Assembly (NCBI GenBank): GCA_963736115.1
Contig: CAVTNR010000008.1
Coordinates: forward strand, 1 to 64,000
Source: an uncultured bacterium
Lineage (GTDB): Bacteria; Zhuqueibacterota; QNDG01; DTFT01
DNA: 64,000 bases
Direction: 5' to 3'
A program made the position numbers and the translations under genes. The notes under the pieces are model-generated. The model did no database searches, had not been told where the DNA came from, and saw only the letters and a program-made list of their open reading frames with translations. Shown piece by piece: positions 53,724 to 64,000 of this stretch; position 1 is the stretch's first letter, and every line of letters begins with the position of its first letter.

Positions 53724-56456
53724 TCACCGGAGCGAAACCCCGACGCTCGCCATGGGCGTGAAGCCGAGCGACGGGATATCGATGATTGTAGGAGTCATCA
53801 GAACGCCGTCCTGCCAATTCGAGCTATCAAATTGATCGTCCCGGCAATAGACGTTTTCCCAGTCAAAAACATTCAGAATCGAGAGCCCTAGCAGCCAGTC
53901 CAAATGTAACCGGTTTTCAAATTTTTTCGTGATCCGTACATCCAGACGACGGTAGGCTGGAAGGCGAAGGGCGTTCAGAGGGCCGCTAATCTCATTGATG
54001 AACCAAGCCTTCTCCTCCCCAATCCACATATACTCTGGTGCTAATTCCGGAGTCATCGACTCCCGGACGGTATAGGGGATACCCGACGCAAGGACGCCGG
54101 TGACGGAAAGAAGGCATGAACCCAGGTGATGTTCCGAAACGGCCTTTATTTCATGCGGCCTGTCCAGGTAAGCCGGCACGATACGGCCTTCCGGTGAATC
54201 GTCCCGGAATACGGAACGGTTCATCCGATAGGAAATCCATCCGGTCCATGCGCCCGCTGTCTTCCGCGCGGTCCAATCAACACCCCGGGTCGATCCGCCC
54301 CGCCGAAGGGAAGGGCCGATTCCCGGGTAAGTCGTGTAACGGCCATCCAACCGGAGTTCGTATTGATCGGTCCGGTAGTGCAAATCCAGAACGAACGGCC
54401 GCGAGGCGATGAACATGCCGGGATCATTCATGGCGGACCATTGATCCGCCAGGGATGGGTAGGTGGATGGTTCATGTACAGGATATCTGCGGATGTATTG
54501 GTGGCAGGCGGCATAAGCCAGGCCGACGCTTAAATTTCCAGTAAATGAAATCCGGGCCGACAAACGGGGATCGATGCGGGTTCGAAAAGTCATTTCTTTT
54601 TGCGGGCCATCCTGTATTTGCCAGTCAACCATTGTCGACTCGATAACATAGCCAGTCAAACCGCTGCTAGACGCTCGAAATTGCGGTACAACTGCTCTTA
54701 ATCCAAGGATCAGATCCACCCCCCGGATCGGAGAGAAACGATCCTGAATAAAGGCGATATGGTTTCTAATCCGGGATCGATGGGAATAGGCGAATACGGG
54801 TTCGCCGTCGGGTGCAAGAAGAACAAGAGAGGGATCAAATGTTTTCACGGTTTCATGGAATTCGTGGACACGCAATTCATATCCGAAGTCCAGGGAAAAT
54901 GAATCCGAATCATATCGGTTGTTCAGTTGAATGCTCCGGTATTGTAAATTCTGGCCGTCCTGAGCACGAATGTCCTCGTAAGCGTTAGAGCTCCCGATTC
55001 GGAGTCCATACTCGACTCGAGAAACCGGGAAATAATCCAAGTAGGCCGCGGTCCATTTCGTCCGGAAGCGCGGATTCCACTTCTGTTCCCAGTTTCCTGA
55101 CAGTCCCGCGTTTTCGAGCTTTTCCCGGTATTTTCCAAAGTCCTGGTCGGCCGGGTCGTTTGTCCGGCAGTTATATCGATATTCCTCCTTTTTCAGGAAA
55201 AAGGTCAGACCCGCCCGGAGAGCTCCACCGGATGCGTAAGTGAATTTGCCTGCCACATCCTGGAAGTCATATTTTCGAACAGCATTGCCGTTCTCTTCAT
55301 TTACGACCCATGAGTAGGGGTTTGCGTTGTGAATCAGAAGGCGGTTGAAGATAGGCCGGTAATACGCGCCGGAGATGATGTCCGGGTGTGAACGACGTGC
55401 ACCGACAAATCCTTTGAGCCCTTTCGCGATCGGACATTCGATGAAGGCATTCGAACTGAACATGTCGATGCCCGCGCCTGCGTTGAACCGGTTCCCCGGG
55501 ACAGTGTTGCCCGTCAGTTCAACGATGCCGCCTGTCTGGTCCCCGTAAGGCGCCGGATACGCCGTTTTCCAGACAGTCGCCTTTTCGAACATCCTCGGGT
55601 GAAGGGGGCTTAAAAACCCGTAATAGGCGCCAGGCTGGTAAAGAGGTATACCGTCCAGGGAAACGAGCGTTTCCAGGTCCATACTTCCATCCAGATTCAA
55701 CACGGCTGCCTGATCCTGGGCCGCGTCGGCTCCAGGAAGCATCTGGAGCATCCGGCCGAACCCGCCGTCCGCGGAGGGGATGTAATCGAGCCGGCCTGGG
55801 AGAAAATCAATCCGGCCGGGATCAGTTGAAAACCGCAGGTCGGGAATCCGCTCCCCCTCCACTTCCACGGAAAGGGCCTCGATGGGTTGTTCCTGCATGG
55901 CGATCCGCAGGGAATCCGGCCAAACTCCGTCCTTCAGCCGGATCTGCTCCGGGTGATACCCGATGTAGCTGACGCGTATGGTGCACGAGTCCGGATGGCT
56001 GTTCCGGAGAACGAAGGACCCGTCCGTGTCCGATGTCGTACCGGTGGCAGTCCCTTCCTGCACGATGTTGGCGAAAGGCAATCCGTTGCCATTGGAAGCA
56101 TCCACGACCCAGCCTCGTATTAGGCGGTCCGCCGTTCTGGAGTCATATAGAACAACGGGTCCGGAGGGAATCCGTTTGAAAGAGATAGAAAGGGGAGAAA
56201 GAATGCGTTCCAGCGCATGATCCAAGGATAGATCATCAAAGGAACCAGTGACGGTCCGGCCCTCCACCAGGTCGTCCTGGAACACGAACCCCGCGCCGCT
56301 TTGGTCCGAAACGGTCTTCAAGACATTCCTGAGCGGTTCATCCTCGCAGCGCAGGGTGAGGACTTCACTTGCATCGGCTGAGAAGACGGGGGATGCTGCA
56401 GTGAAAGATATCCATGACAGGAGGTGGGCAAGAGACAGAAGGATCCGTTTTATCAT
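53724..56456 (-). CDS. TonB-dependent receptor with STN signalling domain, paralog
   Basis: Same architecture; RLPAYRRLD, NVFDWEN; RBS aggag. Confidence 0.9.
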   Translation of the reverse strand: MIKRILLSLAHLLSWISFTAASPVFSADASEVLTLRCEDEPLRNVLKTVSDQSGAGFVFQDDLVEGRTVTGSFDDLSLDHALERILSPLSISFKRIPSGPVVLYDSRTADRLIRGWVVDASNGNGLPFANIVQEGTATGTTSDTDGSFVLRNSHPDSCTIRVSYIGYHPEQIRLKDGVWPDSLRIAMQEQPIEALSVEVEGERIPDLRFSTDPGRIDFLPGRLDYIPSADGGFGRMLQMLPGADAAQDQAAVLNLDGSMDLETLVSLDGIPLYQPGAYYGFLSPLHPRMFEKATVWKTAYPAPYGDQTGGIVELTGNTVPGNRFNAGAGIDMFSSNAFIECPIAKGLKGFVGARRSHPDIISGAYYRPIFNRLLIHNANPYSWVVNEENGNAVRKYDFQDVAGKFTYASGGALRAGLTFFLKKEEYRYNCRTNDPADQDFGKYREKLENAGLSGNWEQKWNPRFRTKWTAAYLDYFPVSRVEYGLRIGSSNAYEDIRAQDGQNLQYRSIQLNNRYDSDSFSLDFGYELRVHEFHETVKTFDPSLVLLAPDGEPVFAYSHRSRIRNHIAFIQDRFSPIRGVDLILGLRAVVPQFRASSSGLTGYVIESTMVDWQIQDGPQKEMTFRTRIDPRLSARISFTGNLSVGLAYAACHQYIRRYPVHEPSTYPSLADQWSAMNDPGMFIASRPFVLDLHYRTDQYELRLDGRYTTYPGIGPSLRRGGSTRGVDWTARKTAGAWTGWISYRMNRSVFRDDSPEGRIVPAYLDRPHEIKAVSEHHLGSCLLSVTGVLASGIPYTVRESMTPELAPEYMWIGEEKAWFINEISGPLNALRLPAYRRLDVRITKKFENRLHLDWLLGLSILNVFDWENVYCRDDQFDSSNWQDGVLMTPTIIDIPSLGFTPMASVGVSLR

Positions 56457-56499
56457 GTTCATCTCCTGTTGATCGAACAATCCGGTTTATTCAGTGGGA

Positions 56500-57042
56500 T
56501 CAATAATACACCGGGTGGCTGATAAAATTTCCGCCCCAGACCACCCACAGAGAATCAGCATCGGATCGGGCAATGGATGGGGAAAGCGCGAAAGCCTGAC
56601 GTCCCCTGCAGCCCCAGCAGAACCGTGTCGGATCTCTCTCTGAGTTTGTGAAGGTCACATGCCACTCCCAATCCTCTTCAAGCGGCAGAGTCACTACCCC
56701 CGAGGCTGCCATTTCACCAGTCGAGTCGGCGATGAAGAACGACACTTCTATCTCTCCCGATGTACCGGTCGGGACGGTTGTGCTGTGCGGCACCACAAGA
56801 GCGGAGTCGGGCCTGAAATTCGCTCCGAAAAGGATAATCTGGCGGTGCAATTCTCTGAACGTGACAGTGAGCATGGACGCGCTCAACGGGGAAGAAAGCC
56901 TCGAAACCGCCATGATTCGGGATCGGGCGATGTCCGAAGGGGCCAGGGCCGCCTTTTTTCTCTCGCAGTATGGAAAAAGTGAAACGATACCGACCATGAT
57001 CGTGATGCGCGCGATACGATTCATCCAGAATGAGTGATACAT
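56500..57042 (-). CDS. Hypothetical (lipo)protein with CWGC motif
   Basis: Co-oriented and tightly packed between fecR and the receptor; hydrophobic N-terminus ending in Cys. Confidence 0.6.
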   Translation of the reverse strand: MYHSFWMNRIARITIMVGIVSLFPYCERKKAALAPSDIARSRIMAVSRLSSPLSASMLTVTFRELHRQIILFGANFRPDSALVVPHSTTVPTGTSGEIEVSFFIADSTGEMAASGVVTLPLEEDWEWHVTFTNSERDPTRFCWGCRGRQAFALSPSIARSDADSLWVVWGGNFISHPVYY

Positions 57043-57046
57043 CGGA

Positions 57047-58066
57047 TCAGTCCTTTTGTATGACATACCGTCCATTCGTTTTAGTGAATGACGCGCCCAG
57101 ACTCAGACACAGCGAAGACAGCACGGTTTCAGCGGCCGGCTTGTCGAATTCGGCGGTCACGGTCCTGGAGGCCAGGTCCGCATCCTCGAGAATCACGGTC
57201 ACGTCCAATGTCCTTTTCAATTCGGCCAGGACCTCGGACACGGGCGCGCGGTCGAAAACCATCCGGCCTTCGAGCCAGCCGAGCATGCGGTCCGCGTCCA
57301 CCGATTCCGGCTCGGACACGCTGCCGTCCGGACAGGACCGGCTCATCCGGTTCCGCGTGAGAATCACGGTCCCGTTCCCGCTTCCGGAAGAAAAAGCCAC
57401 CCGGCCCTGCTGGACGACGAGCCGGGTGGCTCCCTCCCTGGCCCACACGTCAAAGCGCGTTCCCAGGACCGTGGTCTTCGCATCAGCCGTGGCCACGACG
57501 AACGGTTTGGAACCATGCGCCACATCGAAGAAGGCCTGGCCTGAAAGCGTCACTTTTCTTTCTTTACCCGTGAAACGGGCGGGGTACGAGAGCCGCGAGC
57601 CGCTGTTCAGGCGGATCCGCGAACCGTCCGACAGAACGACCTCGAGTCTCTGGCGGTTTGCGGATTCCAGAATCCGGACTGGGTCGCTGAAGGTCCTGGT
57701 TCGCAGGGCCCAAAAAGAAAACAGCGCCAGAACGGACAGTCCGAGGCATGCCCATGCGGCCCGGGTTCGGGGCGCCTGAAGGAAGGACAGCCAGGCCGGC
57801 CGGATCCCGACCGTCCGGGAGCGGACTGTGGCGGGAGCAGAGGCCAGGCCGAGTGATTGCTCCAGAACCCGCCATCCGGATTCAGCGTCCGGCGTCACCG
57901 GGAGTGAACCGGGCTCCGACAGCCGCCAGGCGGCCGTTATTTCCTCCATCCGCTTCCGGTTGTCCGGGGAGAGGGACAGCCATTCATCCAGAGCGGCGTT
58001 CTCCTCCGCTGATATCTCGCCGGACAACCGTTTCGCGCAGAGCGAAAAATAATCCCAATGTTTCAT
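57047..58066 (-). CDS. FecR family anti-sigma factor
   Basis: LDEWL..SPDN, TM, LSDGSRIRLNSGSRL, GQAFFDVAH, VLGTRFDV. Confidence 0.93.
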   Translation of the reverse strand: MKHWDYFSLCAKRLSGEISAEENAALDEWLSLSPDNRKRMEEITAAWRLSEPGSLPVTPDAESGWRVLEQSLGLASAPATVRSRTVGIRPAWLSFLQAPRTRAAWACLGLSVLALFSFWALRTRTFSDPVRILESANRQRLEVVLSDGSRIRLNSGSRLSYPARFTGKERKVTLSGQAFFDVAHGSKPFVVATADAKTTVLGTRFDVWAREGATRLVVQQGRVAFSSGSGNGTVILTRNRMSRSCPDGSVSEPESVDADRMLGWLEGRMVFDRAPVSEVLAELKRTLDVTVILEDADLASRTVTAEFDKPAAETVLSSLCLSLGASFTKTNGRYVIQKD

Positions 58067-58162
58067 TCAATGGTTCCTTCCATAGGGGTTCTCATAATAG
58101 CATACGCCCGAAACGGGAAAAACCCTATCCGGCGGGAGAAGAAATTTATGGGGAAGGGGGAA

Positions 58163-58732
58163 TCAGAGGGAAAGCATACGGCGTAGATGTTCCAGCGCAC
58201 GGCTGACGCGGCTTTCGACCGTCTTGACGGACACGCCCAGGACCTCCGCGATTTCAGCGTATTTCAGGCCCTGGTGCCGGTTCAGGAGGAAGGTTTCACG
58301 AATTTCGTCGGGCAGGGAATCGATCGCGGACCGGATGTCCATACGCAGGTTCGCGTCGCCTTCAGGATTGTCACGTAGATGGTGAAGCGAATCCGGATTC
58401 GCGTGTAAAACACTTTCCCTGTCCGACTTTCGGTAGAGGTCGATGATCAGGCGGTGAACGATGCGGTATAGGTAGGCCTTGACGGATTTGTCCGGATCCA
58501 GAGTCCGTCGGTTCCGCCACAGACGCGTGAAAGCGTCCTGCAGGATATCCTTCACGGATTCCGCTGAATTCGTCCTGTACCAGGCGTAACGGAACAGGGG
58601 ATCGTGATATCGGAAATAGAGAACGCGGAACGCGTCCGCGTCGGAGTTTCGTACGGCGCGGACCAGGTCGGCATCCGAGTCAGTTGAGGAGGGATTCCCC
58701 CTCCCTGGGGTCCCTGCGGGCATAGGAAACAA
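58163..58732 (-). CDS. ECF RNA polymerase sigma-70 factor (FecI-like)
   Basis: DADAFRVLY, DILQDAF..LW, GLKYAEIAEVLGVSVKTVESRVSRA. Confidence 0.93.
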   Translation of the reverse strand: MFPMPAGTPGRGNPSSTDSDADLVRAVRNSDADAFRVLYFRYHDPLFRYAWYRTNSAESVKDILQDAFTRLWRNRRTLDPDKSVKAYLYRIVHRLIIDLYRKSDRESVLHANPDSLHHLRDNPEGDANLRMDIRSAIDSLPDEIRETFLLNRHQGLKYAEIAEVLGVSVKTVESRVSRALEHLRRMLSL

Positions 58733-58763
58733 ATTTAGGAATTATCGAAACGGATTACAAGTA

Positions 58764-58804
58764 AAAAAAACTGCGACGCACCTGAGAGGTGGGTCGCAGT
58801 TTTT
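58764..58804. terminator. Terminator downstream of the Hyf/Ehr operon
   Basis: A run-ctgcgac.cacct-gag-aggtg.gtcgcag-T run. Confidence 0.75.
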
Positions 58805-58817
58805 AAAAGACATGAGA

Positions 58818-58862
58818 CCACCCCGGGGCCGAAGGTCGTGCAAACTGCAGCCTTGGAGTCGG
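58818..58862 (-). repeat. Diverged inverted copy of the 14263 hairpin repeat
   Basis: ccccggggccgaaggtcgtgcaa shared exactly with the reverse complement of 14263-14308. Confidence 0.75.
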
Positions 58863-58875
58863 TCAAATTAAAATG

Positions 58876-59668
58876 CTACCGTTTCTCCAGTTTCCCCAGA
58901 AGCCTCAGCAAACCGTCCAGAATCGTGATCGGGTGCGGGGGACATCCGGGCACGTACAGGTCCACAGGTACGAGGGGATCCGCGCCGCCGCAGACTTCCG
59001 GATGCCCCGCGTACAGCCCGCCGGAGATCGCGCATGCGCCCACCGCAATGACGAGCTTCGGGTCAGGCACGGCTTCGTAGGTGCTCAGCAGGGCAGTCGC
59101 GCATGCCGCGGCTCACGGGCCCGGTGATGAGCAGGCCGTCCGCGTGGCGGGGCGAGGCGACGATCTGTATGCCGAAACGGCCCAGGTCGAACACCACCGT
59201 GGTCAGCACGTTGATGTCCGCTTCGCACGCGTTGCATCCGCCAGCGCTGACCTGCCTGAGCTTGAGCGAGCGGCCGAACAGTTTCCGGATGCGTCCGCCG
59301 ACCGCGTCCGCCAGCCGGAGCGGGTCGCCGCTGAACATCAGGTCGGCCCTCGACCGGACTGCGAGCCGGTAATCGTTCGTGAAGCGGATCGCGCCGGACG
59401 GGCATGCGGCAACGCAGTCGCCGCAGAAAATGCACCGGCCCAGGTCGATGCGGATGCGGCCTTCGGGCGGTCCGTCTTTCCGGACCGATATGGCAGACGC
59501 CGGGCATGCAGCCGCGCAGGCTTGCGACCGGGCCGCGCATTTCCCGCCGCAGGCCGAGGGATCGACGGCCGGCAGGCCGCGGAGACGGTCCGGCAGTTCC
59601 GGGGGTTGCGCCGGGAAGAGAATGGTCCGGTGTTTCTGGCGCAGACGTGTTTTCAGTATATCCAGCAT
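58876..59668 (-). CDS. Fused 2x[4Fe-4S] ferredoxin + NuoB/HyfI-like small subunit (frameshift near 59090)
   Basis: CIFCGDCVAACP; GGCNACE, SPRHADGLLITGP, VGACAISGG, VPGCPPHP. Confidence 0.88.
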
Positions 59669-59678
59669 GTCCTTTTTC

Positions 59679-61213
59679 CTAGAGGTCGTGACCGCAATAG
59701 GACAGGTTGAAGCTCTTGTTGCAGAGGGGAAAATCCGATACCGCCTGCCCACGCATGGCCATGGCCAGTCCGAACCAGTTGTGGAACGAGGGATCCACGA
59801 TCTTGTGAAAAACCACGGCGCCCCGCCGGCCGGTCATGACGACATGCGCGATCTCGCCCCGCCATCCCTCGACGAGAGACACGGCGAAGCGGCCCGCGGC
59901 CGGAGCCGCGGTTTCCACCGCGACCGGACCCTCGGGCAGGGCGTCCATCTGGCCGCGGATGAATTCGACGGATCGTTCGCATTCGATTCTGCGCACCAGG
60001 GCCCTTCCGAAGACGTCCCCGGTTTCGGAGGTCGCGACCGGGATGTGGGCGAAACCGGTATATGCCGACCGGAAAATCGGACCGCGCGTCGAGCCCCAGG
60101 CCGGAGGCCCGGGCCGCGGGCCCCACCATGCCCAGATCCGCGGCCGCGCGCCTCGAAAGGACACCCGTGTTCTCGAAGCGGCTGAGCACGGACGTGTTGC
60201 GGAACATCAGTTCCACGGCGCCGGTCAGGTCCGCGGCGATGCGATCGAGCCGGGTCAGAAAAGTCCGGATTCGGACCTCGTCCGCATCGAAACGCACGCC
60301 TCCGACTTCCACCAGGGTCCGGCCGAACCGGCTGCCGCACAGCAGGGCCGTCAGGTTGAGAAAGTCGCCGCGGATGCGGCCGCAATAGGAGGCTGTGGGA
60401 AGGAACCCGACGTCGCCCGCGAGCGCGCCGAGGTCTCCGGTGTGATTGGCCAGACGCTCGAGCTCCAGAGCGCGACGCCCCGCAGGGCGAGGCCGCGCGG
60501 CGGCGCCTGTGCGCCTGCGAGGGCCTCGTGGCAGATCGCCGCGGCCAGCGCGTGTCCGATCGTGGTGTCCCCGGCCGCGGTCTCGATCATGCGGAGCGCG
60601 GCGGATCGGGATTTCCGAGGAAGCGCGGCTTCCACGCCGCGGTGCTGATACCCCAGGCTGATCTCCAGGTGGTACACGTGCTCGCCGTGGCACTGGAAAC
60701 GGAAATGACCGGGCTCGATGACGCCCGCGTGCACGGGGCCGACCGCGACCTCGTGAATCTCTCCGCCGCCGAGGCGGTAGAAATCCATGGCGCCCCGGGC
60801 CCCGCGGCCGCGCCGGATTTCGGATCCGGCGCGGAACGGACCGGCTTCAGCCAGGGGTGGCCGGCCGGCTTGACGCCGGTCTGCTCGAAGATCTCGCGCT
60901 CGAACAGATGGGCCTGGGGGCATTCGGGCGTGAGCGAGGGGAAGGAGGCGCCGGCATCCGTCGCGAACGCGGACAGCCAGCCGGATTCGTCGAAAGCCAG
61001 AACCGCGAACAGCCTGGCGCGGACGCGGGAAGCGCTGCCGCCTGAGGATGTCTTCAGGCGGTCCGTCGGAACGCCGAAAAAAGCGCAGATGCGTCCGCCG
61101 CGGCCGATTCCGCCGATCATCGCGTTCCGGAACGCGGCCGGGCTCAGGACCGGAATGTCCTTCGCCGCGACTGCCAGCCCGTTCCGGAGCGGGAGCCCGG
61201 AAAGCGGTCTCAT
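59679..61213 (-). CDS. HyfG/HycE-like large subunit (NuoC-D fusion) lacking NiFe cysteines (frameshifted)
   Basis: FEREIFEQ, VGPVHAGVIEPGHFRF, LELERLANH.GD, EGWRGE, DPSFHNW, DFPLCNKSFNLSYCGHDL. Confidence 0.88.
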
Positions 61214-62759
61214 GGCGTCGGCCCCCCGGTCCACGCGGACCACGCGTCCGTTCCGGACGGAGCGCCTGTCACGATCGCGGCCGCGGCGGACAGGCCCTGC
61301 CTGAGGGGGCCGGGCATCCACAGGCCCAGGCCGGTGAGCAGGATCAGCATCACGGCGACGAGTATGGTTTCAACCGCCGCGGGCCGGGACGATCCGTGTT
61401 CTGAAACGGACCGCGGGCTCGCCTCCCCCCAGGCCATGCCGATGGCGTGATGCAGGGCGCCAATGAACACCACGGCGAGGCCGGACAGGAAGAGGACAAC
61501 GATCCAGGCCGGGGCCGCGGCCATGGCCGCTTTGAGAATCTGGAACTCGCTCATGAACAGCGCGAAGGGCACCGCGCCCGCGAGGCCCAGAACGGCCAGC
61601 AGGAGGCCCGATCCCCAGAGCGGCCCGCGTTTCAGGGAGCCGCCGAGCGCTTTCATCTCGTAACTGCCGGCATCCTGTCCGAGGCGGCCCGCGGAGAAGA
61701 AGGCCAGCGATTTGGCGATGGAATGGCCGAGCGTGTGGAACAGCGCGGCCGCGGCCCCGGCGCCGCCGATTCCGACTCCGAAGGCGACGACGCCCATGTG
61801 CTCGAGGCTCGAGTAGGCGAGGAAGCGCTTGACGTTTTTCTGGAACGGGATGAAGGCGGCCGCGACGCAGAATCGAGAGAAGGCCGAATCCCGCGAGCAG
61901 GTGCGCCGCCCAGCCGACGCGGCCGGTGGCGGCCTCGACGAGCGGCAGAATCCGCATCAGGCAGTACATGGCCGCGCTGAGCATGAATCCCGGAGAACAG
62001 CGCGGAAACCGGCGCCGGCGCCTGGCTGTGCGCGTCCGGCAGCCAGTTGTGCATGGGCGCGAGCCCGGCCTTGGTGCCGTAGCCGACGAGCAGAAAGAGA
62101 AAGCCCGCCTTGACCGGGCAGCGCGTCCATGGCCGAGGCGTTTTCGGACAGCTTCGTCCAGAGGAGCATCTCCATCGGCTCCAGGCCCAGGCGCTTGGCC
62201 GAGGAGGCCACCAGCAGGGTGCCCATGAACGCGAACGCCACGCCCACGGAGCAGACCATGAGATACTTCCACATGGCCTCGAGGGATTCGGGCGTCACGT
62301 GCACGCAGATCAGAAAGGCCGTGAGCAGAGTGGTGGCCTCGATGCCGACCCACATGACGCCGATGTTGTTCGAGAGCAGGACCAGGCTGAGCGCGGCGAG
62401 CGCGCCGCACCACAGGCCGCCGAATTGCCGGGCCCTGCCCCGGTCGAAGCCGTGCAGGGATTCCTCGACCTGAAATAGGACCGGCTGTAGACCGACGCGA
62501 ACAGCGCCACGGCCGACATGACGGCGAGGTGAAAGGCGGACAGGGCGTCGAGGAACAGCCATCCGGACGCGGCGAACAGCCGGCCGCCGGAGGCCGTGCC
62601 CCACACGAGGACGGCGGCGATCGCAGCATCCGCGACCGCCACGGCGAGCACCGTGCGGAAAATCCACTTTCCCGAGGGCATCAGGCGGCAGGCCAGACCC
62701 GCGGCCGCGGGAAGGAGAATCGGGAACCAGAGCAGGAGCGCGAAGGGCTGCACGTTCAT
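61210..62759 (-). CDS. hyfF: HyfF-like proton-translocating membrane subunit (frameshifted)
   Basis: [44 protein letters not shown]. Confidence 0.85.
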
Positions 62760-63406
62760 CCTTTCAGCGCGTTGAGCCGATCCGCGTCCAGGTGATCGAA
62801 CTCGCGGTTGATGTGGTACATGGCGATGCCCATGACGAACACGGCCACGAATGCGTCGAGCAGGATGCCCAGCTCCACGAGCGCCGGAATCTCGCCCACG
62901 GACGCGACGCCGAACGCGAATATCCCGTTCTCGAACACGATGTAGCCGAGCGTCTGGGTGAGCGCCTTCTTGCGGGCGGCCACCAGGAAGAGCCCGGTCA
63001 GCAAAGTCATCAGGGAGGCGGACACAATGAGCCGGCTCCCGGCTTCGGCCGCGCCGGTCAGCGGAAGCCGGCCGCCGATCCAGACCGACGCGCCGAACAG
63101 GGCGATTCCGACCAGCACCGACGGGATGGGCCCGACATAGGGCTCGATCTCGCGCTGGACGCCCGCGTCGCTCACCGCCCGGCGCAGGAGCAGGGGATAC
63201 ACCACGCCCTTGAGCAGGCCGCTCACAGCCGCGAGAATCCACACGCGGGGCGTGAGGCCGCCCCAGTTCACGGCCACGGAAAAGAGCCCCAACAGGACGC
63301 CCTGGAAGGCGACGATCCGTATGCAGGTCGACAGCAGACCGATGCCGAGCAGGGCCATGTCGGAGAGCACCAGGGCCATCAGGCCCAGTTCAATCGCTTC
63401 TTTCAC
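62756..63406 (-). CDS. hyfE: HyfE-like membrane subunit
   Basis: RKKALTQTLGYIVFENGIF, VELGILLD. Confidence 0.88.
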   Translation of the reverse strand: MKEAIELGLMALVLSDMALLGIGLLSTCIRIVAFQGVLLGLFSVAVNWGGLTPRVWILAAVSGLLKGVVYPLLLRRAVSDAGVQREIEPYVGPIPSVLVGIALFGASVWIGGRLPLTGAAEAGSRLIVSASLMTLLTGLFLVAARKKALTQTLGYIVFENGIFAFGVASVGEIPALVELGILLDAFVAVFVMGIAMYHINREFDHLDADRLNALKG

Positions 63407-63409
63407 GCG

Positions 63410-64000
63410 TCACCCCAGTGAAAAGATCAGAGCCAGAGCGGACAGAGCCGCGGCCGCGGCCAGCAGCTGCGGCACCCGGACGAGCCGGAGCCGCGCGGTC
63501 ACGGATTCGACGATGCCGACGGCAACGGCCAGGACGGCCATGGCGGCCAGGCCCGCGGCCGTGTTCGCGGTCCAGGCCCAGTCCGGCCGCACCGGCAGGA
63601 ACAGGTTGACGATCAGCGAGCCCAGGCACCAGAATTTCACGGCCGCACCGGCCTGGATGAGGGCGAAGTCCGGGCCGCCGTGGTCGAGCACCATGACCTC
63701 GTGAATCATGGTCAGTTCGAGGTGGGTGTTCGGATCGTCGAACGGAATCCGCGAGTTTTCGCAGAGAAAGGCGATGAACAGGGCCACGGCCACGAGCGCG
63801 GTTTCCGGACGCTCCAGAGAGGCCGCGTTCAGAATGCCCGACAGGGAGAGCGCGCCGCTCTCGCGCGCGAGCGCGAGAAAGCCGAGCATCATCACCGGTT
63901 CGGTCAGGGCGGAGAAGAAAACTTCGCGGCTCGCGCCCATGCCCTCGAAGCTCGACCCGGTGTCGAGCGCGGCGAGCACGGTCAGGCCGCGCATGAGGCC
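63410..64000 (-). CDS. hyfC: HyfC/HycD (NuoH-like) membrane subunit, 3' part
   Basis: LDTGSSFEGMGASRE, ENSRIPFDDPNTHLELTMIHEVM, ARLRL. Confidence 0.9.
   Translation of the reverse strand, partial: GLMRGLTVLAALDTGSSFEGMGASREVFFSALTEPVMMLGFLALARESGALSLSGILNAASLERPETALVAVALFIAFLCENSRIPFDDPNTHLELTMIHEVMVLDHGGPDFALIQAGAAVKFWCLGSLIVNLFLPVRPDWAWTANTAAGLAAMAVLAVAVGIVESVTARLRLVRVPQLLAAAAALSALALIFSLG

Noticed and set aside
53134-56339. DGR template/variable repeat pair
   Set aside because: Differences are largely synonymous rather than adenine-specific, both copies are N-terminal coding sequence, and no reverse transcriptase is present.

Overview
GC-rich bacterial window; FlgD-Ig/T9SS-like C-termini, PorV-like barrels, a Bat operon and TonB/FecR genes suggest an FCB-group lineage such as KSB1 or Calditrichota-like (inference). 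It holds: a CotH-type surface protein; a VWA adhesin plus PorV-OmpA fusion; a ~21 kb protein quality-control block (Zn peptidase, degP, grpE, dnaJ-like, dnaK, clpB, moxR, DUF58, batA-E); a GH13 enzyme; DUF362, ALDH and CMD genes; a small GIY-YIG nuclease between polar 27-bp palindromic tandem arrays; three tandem PorV-like barrels bounded by an inverted REP pair behind an attenuator-like leader; a cold-shock gene; an ECF-FecR-twin TonB receptor locus; and the distal part of a Hyf/Ehr-type operon. Intergenic DNA carries several REP-like and heptamer-hairpin families, and three sigma54-type promoters are visible. Clustered frameshifts in conserved genes are most likely sequencing errors. No rRNA, tRNA, CRISPR or transposase was recognised.
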